Source: a virus (lineage: Duplodnaviria > Caudoviricetes). From it: a stretch of 64,000 nt of DNA. The position numbers were made by a program, and so were the translations under genes. Positions 39,101-48,830 of this stretch are shown in pieces. The DNA is taken from IMG/VR virus record IMGVR_UViG_3300032330_002145, positions 1-64,000 of that record. One strand, given 5' to 3'. The notes below the pieces were generated by a model. That model worked only from the letters and a program-made list of their open reading frames with translations. It was not told the DNA's origin and did no database searches. Every line of letters starts with the position of its first letter. Position 1 is the stretch's first letter.

Positions 39101-40355
39101 CTTGGACAATTTGACCTGGAACATAAGAAGTTGTACCTGTTAGAGTTATAATATCCCAACGATTATTTTGATTACAAGATGTTGCCGCCCATCTTTGGAA
39201 ACTTGCATCTATACAATCTTGACATACATCAAATGATGGAAAACTTATATATGTTGTATTACCTGAAAATGGGTCAACAGGTGAAACATCCATAACTTGA
39301 TAACATTCATCTTCATAATAAATTACTGTCCCAAAAGGAACGTACTGGCTTGAAACAAATTCAGAAAAAATTTCTGTATAAAGACAACCAGCTAAAAGTT
39401 GTATAGATATTAAAACTTGTTCACAGTTAAGACAATCTGTACAAGTTGGTGAAGGTTCATAGTTTAATAATTCATTAATTGTTACGGGGTCAGTTGTTTC
39501 ACTTAAAATTTCATAACACTGACCACCACCCAAACTAATGTTTGATACATCACCAGGATTAAATAAGTTTGAACCCCATATTACCTCTTGAGAACCATCA
39601 AGACAGTTTGAGATTACAACTCTTGTTGCACCACTTGCTACACACTCCTCACAGAATATTTGTTGAGCTCCTGGAGAAACACCAGTAAATCCAATAACAG
39701 ATACTATTGTTGCTGTAAGAGGTCTTGGTGTTGTACTTCTAAGTATACCACAATACAAATCAATACCCAAACTATCAATTGTAAATGTTACTCCATAAAA
39801 ATCACCTCCAGTACCTGATGGTAAGGTTGCATAATATAATGTCCCACTTAAACATTCACTTATTTCGTAATAAGATGGTTGAGAATTTTGACAAAGTAAA
39901 CAATTATTTACACTTCCTATCCCATAACTACTTGGTGAGATATATGATAAATTATAATAAACTCCACATATTAGATTATTAGTATAAGAAACTGAAAAAC
40001 AACCGTTTATATATTGGTCAAGGCTAAATGGGCCTTGAAGAATTAAATAATAAATTTCATCTTGTGCTGGTAAAAATGGTAAACTTGTGATTTGTCTTAT
40101 AGGTACACAAAAAAATCCTCCTCTAACACAATCAATAAATTGTACCGCATTATATATTTTGCTTATACAATCATCACAACTTTGATAGAAGTTTTGAATT
40201 GGTTGAGGTTGTGATGGTGTTGTTGTTTCTCCTGTTAAGGTAATACATCTTCCTTTAACATCTAATACTACTTGAGGTAATGATATTGGTGTGTCTGAAG
40301 AAACTACTATAGTATCAGAACTGATACAATCTTTTCCTGAATAATAATATGTCAT
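36126..40355 (-). CDS. Giant Cys-rich repeat protein (two repeat blocks) with inserted beta-propeller and shared C-terminal domain
   Basis: 1409 aa; duplicated NCLxG..EV.WGS block; YncE/WD-like propeller blades at about 36920-37800. Confidence 0.75.
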   Translation of the reverse strand: MTYYYSGKDCISSDTIVVSSDTPISLPQVVLDVKGRCITLTGETTTPSQPQPIQNFYQSCDDCISKIYNAVQFIDCVRGGFFCVPIRQITSLPFLPAQDEIYYLILQGPFSLDQYINGCFSVSYTNNLICGVYYNLSYISPSSYGIGSVNNCLLCQNSQPSYYEISECLSGTLYYATLPSGTGGDFYGVTFTIDSLGIDLYCGILRSTTPRPLTATIVSVIGFTGVSPGAQQIFCEECVASGATRVVISNCLDGSQEVIWGSNLFNPGDVSNISLGGGQCYEILSETTDPVTINELLNYEPSPTCTDCLNCEQVLISIQLLAGCLYTEIFSEFVSSQYVPFGTVIYYEDECYQVMDVSPVDPFSGNTTYISFPSFDVCQDCIDASFQRWAATSCNQNNRWDIITLTGTTSYVPGQIVQVQRNGSEFTCYTLQFIWTGPSDNVFPNTLNYYYSLTQTPFNTCAECSSGSTVGITIIDCDYASASYITVSLYDYLRLTGGDSNPATPVLQYDGKCHLLLNQCPIDNTYPLVTSNLYNNCIECSEDLNVTRYSGTTCFSQETIIIGYNETNILTPGDIVITNRGTCVTISGETSEINTEGTITTTGLTSCYECYLNDDPNYQVFFQQCLSGEIYFIPLSSIGFLPTLGEVYFLDFTYGKEPILHQTCFTVIGLQPQRPDESMSFNSISLPYVDCSECFTNNLIRFLVEDCVSGDIHVVGYPSSSGVDGLVTYTPIGEVDQYCGYIRGITESDPIDSSLITILGNVVCEDCLSAVAKKRILTNCLNGNQEVVWGSLLFAEGNITHIQTGEGCYEVGPETDQEVTLNEFLDFDNYPSCQECIQCNGVHYFWSACTPSLDIINTSIKTSYGSPRFLQFDQTNNIIWFTINNDTNIVKYNVLTNTIITVYGVVFQVQNFFFLHPSNGFIYYCNSNNLWKFNTTTGVNTLIYSSPYAGTFHSYFYDSITNYIWLTNFLSSWVLVLNLTTETLVSPINLPSPYPSGIVLNTSSDKIYVSDYYSGWYYIINRTTFNIESTYYSSMNYSQKMFYDNGTNRIFGNGRFIDCNINQLFYVNTNIQYDVIKDPISGKLIVPNGGIYIFDPVYLTLSQVQTPIPNGSYQFVQYNSVTNEYYFSTQWGGSIVSVTFGDVYRLGEIDSYQYASLNSYFYHPKNGCSVIYDILPSSGITSHNFYSFETFETCEDCTNVGFDVWESYNCVTDKFSYVVTNSGVYNSGDLVNVKWGETDFVCFTLNYKIPQSEYQYINLNRDFYFADSVVKPSCENCSDGVSVSISIIDCGNQNSMFVNVSLSLWFILTGYNDTIPRPVFLFGDTCYRVLNECPFSPDHYPINPTYIYYNCESCGDPLEANSETVLCLQNCSGGTYTVSVNHPYWTNQYGQAVIQNNAVGLGGQTGYNG

Positions 40356-40357
40356 AA

Positions 40358-41821
40358 TTATTTATAATTTACTATTTGAAATTTTAATGTTCTTTTATAA
40401 GTATTAACCTCACTTGAACTCTCAACTTTTATATCCACATAATATTCATTAGGAATTTTATCACGGGTATCAAAAATGAAATAATATTCATTAGGGGTTC
40501 TATTTATTTTTGTCCAGTCTTGAACCTGAACTTCTGTTTGTCCTTCTCTAACATATACTCTATAATATGCACTAACCTTTTGTAAAAGTTTTTGTGTTGT
40601 ATATGCTTGTTTAATGATAACACCGACTTTTCTAATATCAGTATTAAAAATTTTCTCATCTTGTTTGATACCATAGAAATCAAATCCATAAACTTTTGGG
40701 TCTTGAGAATTAGTACCAATCTGTAAACTTTGACTTAAAGGAAATAGGTTAAACGAATTATATTGATTCGGTAAAGGGAAACCATTTAGTTCTAAACCAT
40801 ACCATAAATCTGTGAAAGTACAAGGTGTCTTAAATCCAATTAGTGGTGGTATTGTTACCTCATAAACTCCCTTGGCTCTTTGACATGAGGTAAGACCAGT
40901 AAGTGCTGGTACAAGATTTCCTGAGTTATCTAAAATGTTAACAGATGGTGGAAAGTCCAAATTAACAGGATTACCATTGTCATATAAATAAAGATAAAGG
41001 TGATTAACCCTACCTAATGTGAATAAGTTTCTATCATCATCAATATAATCATTATATGATGTTTCAAGATATGGTTCATAAAATGTTTGAGTGTGACGTG
41101 TGAAAAACTGAACTTCATATGCGTCAGTCAAACCAGTTAAGTTCTCAAGTTGTGGTTTGTAAGCTATACCCCACCCTGAAGTAACAATAGTTCCGTCTAA
41201 TATACCTTTAATTTCTTCAGTCATATCAAACTCAATATTCTCGTTACCGAACTCAAAATGTTGTGTATCAACAATGACAAGTGATGAATATGGATATGGA
41301 CCTGTCTCTTCATTACTATAGATTCCTGGATAGTTCCAATCATCAATAGTTGTTCTTTCAATCCAATTGGATGGTCTTATAGAATAGTTTTTATCAATAT
41401 CACTGTTCTGATAAATAAGGTCGGCGTAGTCATATCCCACACCTTCATCCCAAATTTGAACAGTCGGTTCTTCAGCAAATAGATTTGGTATTCTGAATAA
41501 TATTAAATCAAATGATGTTGCTCTTTGTCTTAATTGTGACGTTAGAGTATTTAACGATTCTTCATCAAATGAAGAAGTGTTTGTCATTCTTAAAGTATGT
41601 TTAACTGAATCGTCACAAGAAGTTGTGATAGTTCCATCAGCATATTTTTCACGAAGAAGTGTTAAATCTAAATCAAAAATAAAACGACTAAATCCATTTG
41701 GGTTTGTTAGACTTACAGTTGCCCCATAAAATAGTTCAGTAACAGGATTTCTACCCGTGTTAACATAACTATTTAAAATGATTGTGTTATTTTTACTAAA
41801 ATAGGAATTATTAATTGACAT
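40358..41821 (-). CDS. Putative virion structural protein (beta-rich, Ig-like C-terminus)
   Basis: 487 aa, TATTTAT motif upstream, lies among structural genes. Confidence 0.55.
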   Translation of the reverse strand: MSINNSYFSKNNTIILNSYVNTGRNPVTELFYGATVSLTNPNGFSRFIFDLDLTLLREKYADGTITTSCDDSVKHTLRMTNTSSFDEESLNTLTSQLRQRATSFDLILFRIPNLFAEEPTVQIWDEGVGYDYADLIYQNSDIDKNYSIRPSNWIERTTIDDWNYPGIYSNEETGPYPYSSLVIVDTQHFEFGNENIEFDMTEEIKGILDGTIVTSGWGIAYKPQLENLTGLTDAYEVQFFTRHTQTFYEPYLETSYNDYIDDDRNLFTLGRVNHLYLYLYDNGNPVNLDFPPSVNILDNSGNLVPALTGLTSCQRAKGVYEVTIPPLIGFKTPCTFTDLWYGLELNGFPLPNQYNSFNLFPLSQSLQIGTNSQDPKVYGFDFYGIKQDEKIFNTDIRKVGVIIKQAYTTQKLLQKVSAYYRVYVREGQTEVQVQDWTKINRTPNEYYFIFDTRDKIPNEYYVDIKVESSSEVNTYKRTLKFQIVNYK

Positions 41822-41842
41822 TAACTTTTTTAGTTATAAATA

Positions 41843-43411
41843 TCAATTAATTCGGATTTCGTTATTAAGAATGTTATTTTGAGCTTGAGCAATTAAGTCA
41901 TCAATCTCTTCCACACTTTGTCCGTTACCTGTAGCTCTCCTTGCCGGTCTCATTACAGACACAGGATGTACGTGACCTTTTAAGAATGACCAAATCTTTT
42001 CAACCAACTCAATCATCAAGTCACCACGAACTGTTGGATATGTTTTACTAAAGATATCAACAAAATTTTCTTCAGGGATTCCGTATACCGTATTTTGTAA
42101 ATTAATAGTTCCTTTTGGTCCGTTTGTATCATGTGCCAAAAAATATAATCTTTGTCCACCCATCACACTGTAAGTGATTGACACTGGTTCAAAATCAATA
42201 GGTGTGAATTTCTCAAAAACACCCTCATACGCCGGTCCTACTAATGGATTACTATTACCTTGAATACTTGAAATCAAAAAGAATCCACTTTCATCAGAAG
42301 CTGGATTCATCTTAATACCGTTCATTAAAGATTGATAATTATTAAATTCCGCAATTTCTGTTGTTGTTTGATTTGGAATTAACTTGTTCCCTTTTTCATA
42401 AGTTAAAGCATTTGGTGTTACAATAAAAGGTATTAAACTTGTTTTATTTTCACCAATTCTGAGATTACCACTAGTATCTGGTAATTGTATGTAACCTTCC
42501 CAAAGTTGATTTAAAAAATTATTAAATAAATTAATAACTTCGGTCATTGTCTTATTTGAAAAATTTGTTTCCACTAACGGTCCGGTATAATCAGTACCTT
42601 GTGAAATAGTGGTTATAGTTTCTTTATTAAATTTATCTGTCGTTAATTCAGTATTAAATTTAACGTCATAAATTCCAATAGAACCATTAAATACATTTTG
42701 TGTATTATCCAAGTTATCAACGTTCCAAATAATAATTTTTTTAACAACATTAACAATTTCTTTTAGTTTAAAACTTTTTTGTTCTTCACCAAGAACTGAT
42801 TTGTTTGTGAAATTTGATAATTGTAAAAACGCTCTTTTAGTATTACTAACAGGGTATTTATTATCTTGATATGGAAATGCTTTACCCGCTCTAACTAATA
42901 CCTCATTTTCTTTAACTACAACATCGGCAGAACCTCTACCAAGTAATGCGTTATCTCCAGGATTTGGGAATACTCCATAGTATGAATTATATGGGAATGT
43001 ACCGTCTTGATTTTTAAGAGGTAAATTTTCTTTAATTCTTTCACCTGAAGCTAAAAACTTTTTAGCTCCCTGAAAATATTCAAAAGGAGTATTAAGTGGT
43101 GTTGAGAATGGTCCTTGAATGTAAAATTGATTCTTAAAAGGAAACTCTTTGTTCATATAAAAGATATGAACATATTCGGTTACTTTAGGAGTTTGGTTAA
43201 AGAAATACGGTAATAAAGGAATAAAAATAATCGGGTCTTTTGATGTCCAAGCATCTTTGGTTTCATCCCAATCAGGAATTGATTTAAGGATGTCTTGATA
43301 ATTCATATCTTCAGGAATTACTCTTAAACGACCTAACATCATTGGGTCGTTATTGTCATAGACAATACCTGGAAATATAATTTGGTGAAAATTTTGTTGA
43401 GTTATTTTCAT
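41843..43411 (-). CDS. Baseplate hub/spike protein with gp5-like N-terminal OB fold
   Basis: GIVYDNNDPMMLGRLRV N-terminus; C-terminal VRGD.M.EL....L.GHVHP tip motif. Confidence 0.6.
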   Translation of the reverse strand: MKITQQNFHQIIFPGIVYDNNDPMMLGRLRVIPEDMNYQDILKSIPDWDETKDAWTSKDPIIFIPLLPYFFNQTPKVTEYVHIFYMNKEFPFKNQFYIQGPFSTPLNTPFEYFQGAKKFLASGERIKENLPLKNQDGTFPYNSYYGVFPNPGDNALLGRGSADVVVKENEVLVRAGKAFPYQDNKYPVSNTKRAFLQLSNFTNKSVLGEEQKSFKLKEIVNVVKKIIIWNVDNLDNTQNVFNGSIGIYDVKFNTELTTDKFNKETITTISQGTDYTGPLVETNFSNKTMTEVINLFNNFLNQLWEGYIQLPDTSGNLRIGENKTSLIPFIVTPNALTYEKGNKLIPNQTTTEIAEFNNYQSLMNGIKMNPASDESGFFLISSIQGNSNPLVGPAYEGVFEKFTPIDFEPVSITYSVMGGQRLYFLAHDTNGPKGTINLQNTVYGIPEENFVDIFSKTYPTVRGDLMIELVEKIWSFLKGHVHPVSVMRPARRATGNGQSVEEIDDLIAQAQNNILNNEIRIN

Positions 43412-43650
43412 TTTTTCTTAGTTCTATTTTCGTATTCTTTTAATATCGTATTGTAGATATTTTCAATCTTATCCAAATGGTGTGTTAATTTAAGTAAACT
43501 ATCTTTAGTTACTTCAAAATCTTTTTGAATAAACTCCATAACAAAAATTAAATCTTTGTTAGATTTTGTTTTGTAATCTTTTACAATATCTAAAACTTTA
43601 TTTGAATCTTCTTGATTAACCATATTCTTATAATTTTTTACCAAAAGCAC
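43408..43650 (-). CDS. Small coiled-coil hypothetical protein
   Basis: Probable start MVNQED; ATGA overlap with the next gene. Confidence 0.6.
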   Translation of the reverse strand: MLLVKNYKNMVNQEDSNKVLDIVKDYKTKSNKDLIFVMEFIQKDFEVTKDSLLKLTHHLDKIENIYNTILKEYENRTKKK

Positions 43651-45520
43651 TTGTTGGAACAGTAAGACCTGCTGGTGTAATTGTCAATGCTCCAAGAGCG
43701 ACTTGAACCTTACCATTTTCAGTTTCTTCAAATGACATACCTTTAATTTGTGCAAAACGACTCAACAATTCTAAATTAGGTGTACCATCAGGTAAATCTC
43801 CCGTAGGTATTCCTAGTTTTTGCATTTCTTCAATTACGTTAATAAATGCTCTCGTATCTGAAAATCCATCCAACAATCTTGATGCAAATAAAATTGGTAA
43901 TGGTATATCCCCACCCCAACCTTGAGTTGCAATTTTTAAAAGACTTAATAACTCGTCAACTAAACTTTTACATTTCCTAAAATCTTGAATGAAGTTAGCA
44001 ACAATTATTAATAAACTAACTAACTTTAAAATCATTGCAATTTTTTTCTTTAATTTTTCTTTTTGAATATCCGCAATAATTTGTTGAATTAAATTCAAAA
44101 TATCTTTTTTAATTAATTGAAATAATTCTTGAACAAATAAAGCTCCGATTTTAGATATTATATTTTTAGCATATTCTTTAAAATTCTTTAAGAAAGAAAC
44201 CATATCTTCAACTGCGTCAACAGCTGATTGTCCAAGTGCCTTTAACATTATAAAGACAGGTAGTAAAATTTTTGGAGTTAATAATCCTGATACTACTCCC
44301 TGAGCGAATTTTTTAATAAAATCTAAATCAATTGCAACATCTATGTTTGGTCTAATTCCAAATTCCCAAGCCGGATTGTTCGCTAATGTGTTTGATGCGG
44401 CAATTGCTGCATCAACTAACTCATCATCGGGAACCTCAATTAAATTAATAATTGCATCATTAATTTGATTGGCATTTACTGGTAATTTTGCGGTGGTACA
44501 TTCCAAATATTCGATAACTCCATTTTGGAAATTAGTAACTCTTTGGTCAATATTTCTTAAATCAATTTCAGTTAGTTCAAAAAAATTCTCATCGATATCA
44601 CCAAGTTCAGCAATTTTTGCAACACCACTAACGTCAATTTCTTGTCGATTGTCAAAACATAAACCTAAAATACGACTAACAAAAATATCAAATTTTGTTG
44701 CGTCCTCAACTTGTGTAACACCTAATCCCGCACTTATAGAAAATGAATTACACAAAGATTGCATAATTTGATTAATAACACCTTGAAACTCAATTGGTTT
44801 CATAGTTTTATAATAATCAATCATAAATTCTCCAACACGGTTTACGTTGTTTACTCGGTTAGGTAATGTGACTTTGAAGTACGGGTCGGAACCAACTTCT
44901 ACATATTGTATGTCAAATAAATCTTGTCCTGATACTCCTTTATATAATTGTCCGTTATCTACTGAATATGGTTGACCACTTTGTATTCTTTCAAACAATT
45001 CTTTATTCATTGGAAAAGGATTTGTTTGAATTGCGACTTGTTCTTTTTCGTAAATTAATTTACCAATCTTTGTAGTTGGGTCAATTTTAAGACTATTAAT
45101 TATATCAATTGATTTAACTTTGATATAAATTACTTGAGAGTTAAAAACTTGTTGTTGGTCACAACCAACAGCAGTTAAAGATTCTTGAATTAATATTTCA
45201 CTTATCTTTGGTTGGATATTCTTAAGAGCTGTTAACATCATTTTTTTGATGTATTTTGCAGAATTTGAACCCTGACCTGAAGTGATTTTATTAATGTCTA
45301 AAAGTTCTTCAAATTGATTTTTAATTTCTCTTTTATATTTTTCAACTTGAGCTTTTACACTTTCAATACTCTCAGTAACGTTTGATTTAAGTTCTTCTAA
45401 ATTATCTCCCGCTCTTTTAGTGATATCATCATACTTTGTTTTTAAATCATTGTATGATTGATTGGCGGTTACTTTATCTTTAACTTTTTTATAATCTACA
45501 CTTAAATCTAATGACGGCAT
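43628..45520 (-). CDS. Hypothetical helical structural protein
   Basis: 630 aa next to the gp5-like gene; amphipathic helical C-terminal half. Confidence 0.6.
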   Translation of the reverse strand: MPSLDLSVDYKKVKDKVTANQSYNDLKTKYDDITKRAGDNLEELKSNVTESIESVKAQVEKYKREIKNQFEELLDINKITSGQGSNSAKYIKKMMLTALKNIQPKISEILIQESLTAVGCDQQQVFNSQVIYIKVKSIDIINSLKIDPTTKIGKLIYEKEQVAIQTNPFPMNKELFERIQSGQPYSVDNGQLYKGVSGQDLFDIQYVEVGSDPYFKVTLPNRVNNVNRVGEFMIDYYKTMKPIEFQGVINQIMQSLCNSFSISAGLGVTQVEDATKFDIFVSRILGLCFDNRQEIDVSGVAKIAELGDIDENFFELTEIDLRNIDQRVTNFQNGVIEYLECTTAKLPVNANQINDAIINLIEVPDDELVDAAIAASNTLANNPAWEFGIRPNIDVAIDLDFIKKFAQGVVSGLLTPKILLPVFIMLKALGQSAVDAVEDMVSFLKNFKEYAKNIISKIGALFVQELFQLIKKDILNLIQQIIADIQKEKLKKKIAMILKLVSLLIIVANFIQDFRKCKSLVDELLSLLKIATQGWGGDIPLPILFASRLLDGFSDTRAFINVIEEMQKLGIPTGDLPDGTPNLELLSRFAQIKGMSFEETENGKVQVALGALTITPAGLTVPTSAFGKKL

Positions 45521-45528
45521 AAAATAAA

Positions 45529-45906
45529 TTATTTTTTCATTTTATATGAATCGTCTATATTAGAAATATCTTTTTCTAATAAACTTTTCATAATTTCATC
45601 ATCAACATCTAAATCAGAAATTGAAAATGATTCTTTAGTTGATGAATTACTTTTTTCCCAAATACTAGACTGTAGTTTTGATAATTGTAATTTTTTTTCA
45701 ACACAATCATTTATTATCTTTTGTTGTTCTTTGATGACTGGACCTAACAAAGACATGTCTTCAGCCTCTTTCATCATTGTTAACATTTTATTTTGAATTC
45801 TAATAGCAGTATTTCTTTGTTCAACAAGTTCATTGTAGATTTCTTGCATCAGAGATAATATAGAATCCTGATTAAATTTAATTTCTTTTTTTGTTGGTCT
45901 TGGCAT
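45529..45906 (-). CDS. Coiled-coil protein (possibly terminase small subunit-like)
   Basis: 125-aa helical ORF with TATTTAT upstream; the functional guess is weak. Confidence 0.3.
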   Translation of the reverse strand: MPRPTKKEIKFNQDSILSLMQEIYNELVEQRNTAIRIQNKMLTMMKEAEDMSLLGPVIKEQQKIINDCVEKKLQLSKLQSSIWEKSNSSTKESFSISDLDVDDEIMKSLLEKDISNIDDSYKMKK

Positions 45907-45931
45907 AACAATAAATATTAAAGTTCAAATT

Positions 45932-46681
45932 TTATTTTATCATAGTCTGAATTAGATTATGATAAATATTTTTATATTTTTTCATTGAACTTCTAATTTC
46001 TTTAGTGTTTAAATTAGTCATTTCTCTTAGAGACAACAAAATAATATTTTTATTAAATTTATTATTTGAGCTACCAATGAATATATTTTCATAGTTATCA
46101 AAAATATCGTGGAGTGCTTTACCTAGTTTAATTTCATTATCATTTAAACTTTTATCGTTTAATAATAAATCAATTTCAACCAAAAATTTCTTAATTACTA
46201 TTTCAGAATCTAGGATTTCTTTATCAATACTGTATGAAAATTCACGTCTATTTTCTAAATCACTTGAAATGTCTTCATAGGATATTTTCCTATTCATTTC
46301 TTTTTGGTCTTTAATGATTTGTCCCATTAGGTAATTTTTACAAATGGTACCAAAGTAAGAGTAAGCCTTCTTTTCTTTTGAAGGCTTAAACTTATCTATT
46401 TTGGTCATTAAAAACGAGTGAGTATCTATATGGATTTCGTAAAAGTCCATATCTTTTCTGTATAATTTATATCTTCTAATGATTGAAGATATCATTTTGT
46501 CTAAAGGTTTCCTTAAAAACTCATTATAAATTTTGTTCTTTTCTTCAGGACTTTCAGCTAGTAAAAAATTTACAACCGCCACCTCTTCTCGAACATCAAA
46601 ATAATTTGTTTGTGTAGGTTTTCTACCTTTCTTCTTTAACTCAACAATTGTTTCTCCAGATATCGCTTGAGTAACATCCAT
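45932..46681 (-). CDS. Phage sigma factor, late-transcription (gp55-like)
   Basis: LDKMISSIIRRYKLY...KIDKFKPS..KKAYSYFGTICKNYL resembles sigma region 2 of T4-like gp55 (F.P...NPFAYFTQI). Confidence 0.6.
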   Translation of the reverse strand: MDVTQAISGETIVELKKKGRKPTQTNYFDVREEVAVVNFLLAESPEEKNKIYNEFLRKPLDKMISSIIRRYKLYRKDMDFYEIHIDTHSFLMTKIDKFKPSKEKKAYSYFGTICKNYLMGQIIKDQKEMNRKISYEDISSDLENRREFSYSIDKEILDSEIVIKKFLVEIDLLLNDKSLNDNEIKLGKALHDIFDNYENIFIGSSNNKFNKNIILLSLREMTNLNTKEIRSSMKKYKNIYHNLIQTMIK

Positions 46682-47499
46682 TAAGAAGCTTGTGGTTCAA
46701 ATTTTATTGCTCTATCGTGAATAAAAAAATATTCTTTTTTAGCCGACTCAATCCAAAATCTAACCTCATTATCTGTTAACTTGTCCTCAGAATTTTTGTA
46801 ATTCCAAAAAATTGAACCAGTTCTCAAATTGGTGTGTTTATAACCAATTTTAGGGATTGACATAATTTTTACAGAATTGTGTGTCATTCTTAAAAAGAAT
46901 TCATAACCGAATGTCAATTTAAATGATGGTTTAAGTAATCCATAATCAAGGAATGATTGTTTTTTAATAACCATACCTGACAATTGGAAGTTTTGAAACT
47001 GTTGTAATGTTTCGTTATTTAAGTAACCCATTTCCTCCGATACGTTCAATGCAAATACTGCTTCATTAGTGAAACCGGCAAACACACCTTTCTCGTCAAT
47101 ATCAACTACGATAGGTAAAAACGCTCCAACTTCAGGATAATACTTTACATAATTTTTAACATTTTTAAACCAAATAGTTGAATACTCATCATCAAATTCA
47201 AAAATAGAAATATATTCTGATTTAGAAGTTCTTACTCCATAGTTAACTTGTTCAGCAAAATTCGCTTCTTTAGTCCATTCATGTTTAATAACATTTAAAT
47301 CACCAAAGTCATAACCATTAATGTATTCATTTAATTTAGTTTCATTTGTATGAATGATTATCAATTCATTTATTGTTACTTTTTGAGTCTTTAAAGAATT
47401 AATTGCTTTATCAAAAAATTCTTCAAAATCAATTGCAAATGCTGATTTGATAGGTAAAATGACTGATACGTCAAATTTTTCAATTACATTATTTTCCAT
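46681..47499 (-). CDS. Glycosyltransferase family 2
   Basis: VSVILPI, NFAEQVNYGV, IFEFDDEY, GYEFFLR. Confidence 0.8.
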   Translation of the reverse strand: MENNVIEKFDVSVILPIKSAFAIDFEEFFDKAINSLKTQKVTINELIIIHTNETKLNEYINGYDFGDLNVIKHEWTKEANFAEQVNYGVRTSKSEYISIFEFDDEYSTIWFKNVKNYVKYYPEVGAFLPIVVDIDEKGVFAGFTNEAVFALNVSEEMGYLNNETLQQFQNFQLSGMVIKKQSFLDYGLLKPSFKLTFGYEFFLRMTHNSVKIMSIPKIGYKHTNLRTGSIFWNYKNSEDKLTDNEVRFWIESAKKEYFFIHDRAIKFEPQAS

Positions 47500-47503
47500 A
47501 GTA

Positions 47504-48565
47504 TTATTCAGTTGTTTCTAATTTATTTAATTGTTCTTCAAAAGATTCTAAACGTTTAGCAATGTATGAATCAAATAATTCAATAACTTTTGTGTCAAAC
47601 GTTTCTTTAGTTATTAAACTTTCTACTGTAGTTTTCATACCGTTATAGATAGATTCACTAACATTATCTTCTAACCAATTTTGTAAGAAATCTGCCACAA
47701 AATCAGCCATTTGAGTTTTATTGTTTACCCATAATCCATTATCTTCATTCATCCACAAAGGAACCATGTTTGGAACTAATCCTAATACAGGAACTCCTGA
47801 CTTCATACTCTCAAGTGGGAATGTACCATAAGAACTTGTCTCATCAATCCATACTGATAAAAAACATTCTTGTAATGTATTTGAGAATTCAGTAGGAGTT
47901 AATCCTCTCATATCTCTAAATGTTACCCAACGATATTGAGGGAACTTCAGGTAGAATTGTTTAATCAAGTTAACACCATCTCTTTGTTCTCTTGAATGAA
48001 CCGCAATAATTGGTTTTGGTGGTATTGATTGTGGTCTGAAAGAATTTGAAATAAATGGTGGGATGATATCAAAAGATACTCCTCTCATAATATTTTCCAA
48101 ATATTCTTTTTGTGATTCTGATGTTGTAATACACTTATAGAAACCAAGTTGGTTCCAGTTCTCACCTGGTTGTAATGTTTCTAAAATATGGTCATAAGCT
48201 TGTGATAACACAATTTTACCACATGGTAGTTTTGTAATTTGATTCATTACAAATCCATAAAGTTCAGGAATAACAATAAGGTCTTCAGGTGAAACCTCTA
48301 AATTTTGACCCTCAATTGATTTGTGAGGTAATTTATCTGAGTAATCCTGTCCTAACCAAGATGCAACACCTGTATAATCAGGTTTCTCGTGAAGGATAAT
48401 GGGATTGTAACCCGAGTTCAATAAAGTCATTGCCATTTCATAGATGTTGGCAATTGAAGCCTTTGCATGCCCTTTAGTGTCTTGAACTATAAAATAAATT
48501 TTTGATTTTTTGTCTTTCAAAAGTTGGATTGAATTTTCCAATTTTGAAACGTTTTCTTGATTCAT
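47504..48565 (-). CDS. GT-B (GT4-like) glycosyltransferase
   Basis: IVIPEL, SYGTFPLESMKSGVPVLG. Confidence 0.75.
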   Translation of the reverse strand: MNQENVSKLENSIQLLKDKKSKIYFIVQDTKGHAKASIANIYEMAMTLLNSGYNPIILHEKPDYTGVASWLGQDYSDKLPHKSIEGQNLEVSPEDLIVIPELYGFVMNQITKLPCGKIVLSQAYDHILETLQPGENWNQLGFYKCITTSESQKEYLENIMRGVSFDIIPPFISNSFRPQSIPPKPIIAVHSREQRDGVNLIKQFYLKFPQYRWVTFRDMRGLTPTEFSNTLQECFLSVWIDETSSYGTFPLESMKSGVPVLGLVPNMVPLWMNEDNGLWVNNKTQMADFVADFLQNWLEDNVSESIYNGMKTTVESLITKETFDTKVIELFDSYIAKRLESFEEQLNKLETTE

Positions 48566-48569
48566 AATT

Positions 48570-48830
48570 TTAATATTTAGTTAATAATTGTTTATTTTGT
48601 AAAGTGTTAAATGCGATTTTAAAAGGTATTGAAATTTCTGAACTTTTTTCACCTAATGATTCGTCGATGTTTTCATGTTCTGTAATTAATATTTCTATCA
48701 TCATTTTTACCATTTCATATTTTACAACACTGATATGGTTTTCACCCCCACCTGATGGGTTAGGAATGTTTATGTACCCTTCGATTTCATCTAAATCCAA
48801 AAAGTATTCTTGTCCTAAAATTTTTAACAT
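48570..48830 (-). CDS. Hypothetical protein
   Basis: 86-aa ORF in a tightly packed operon. Confidence 0.65.
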   Translation of the reverse strand: MLKILGQEYFLDLDEIEGYINIPNPSGGGENHISVVKYEMVKMMIEILITEHENIDESLGEKSSEISIPFKIAFNTLQNKQLLTKY

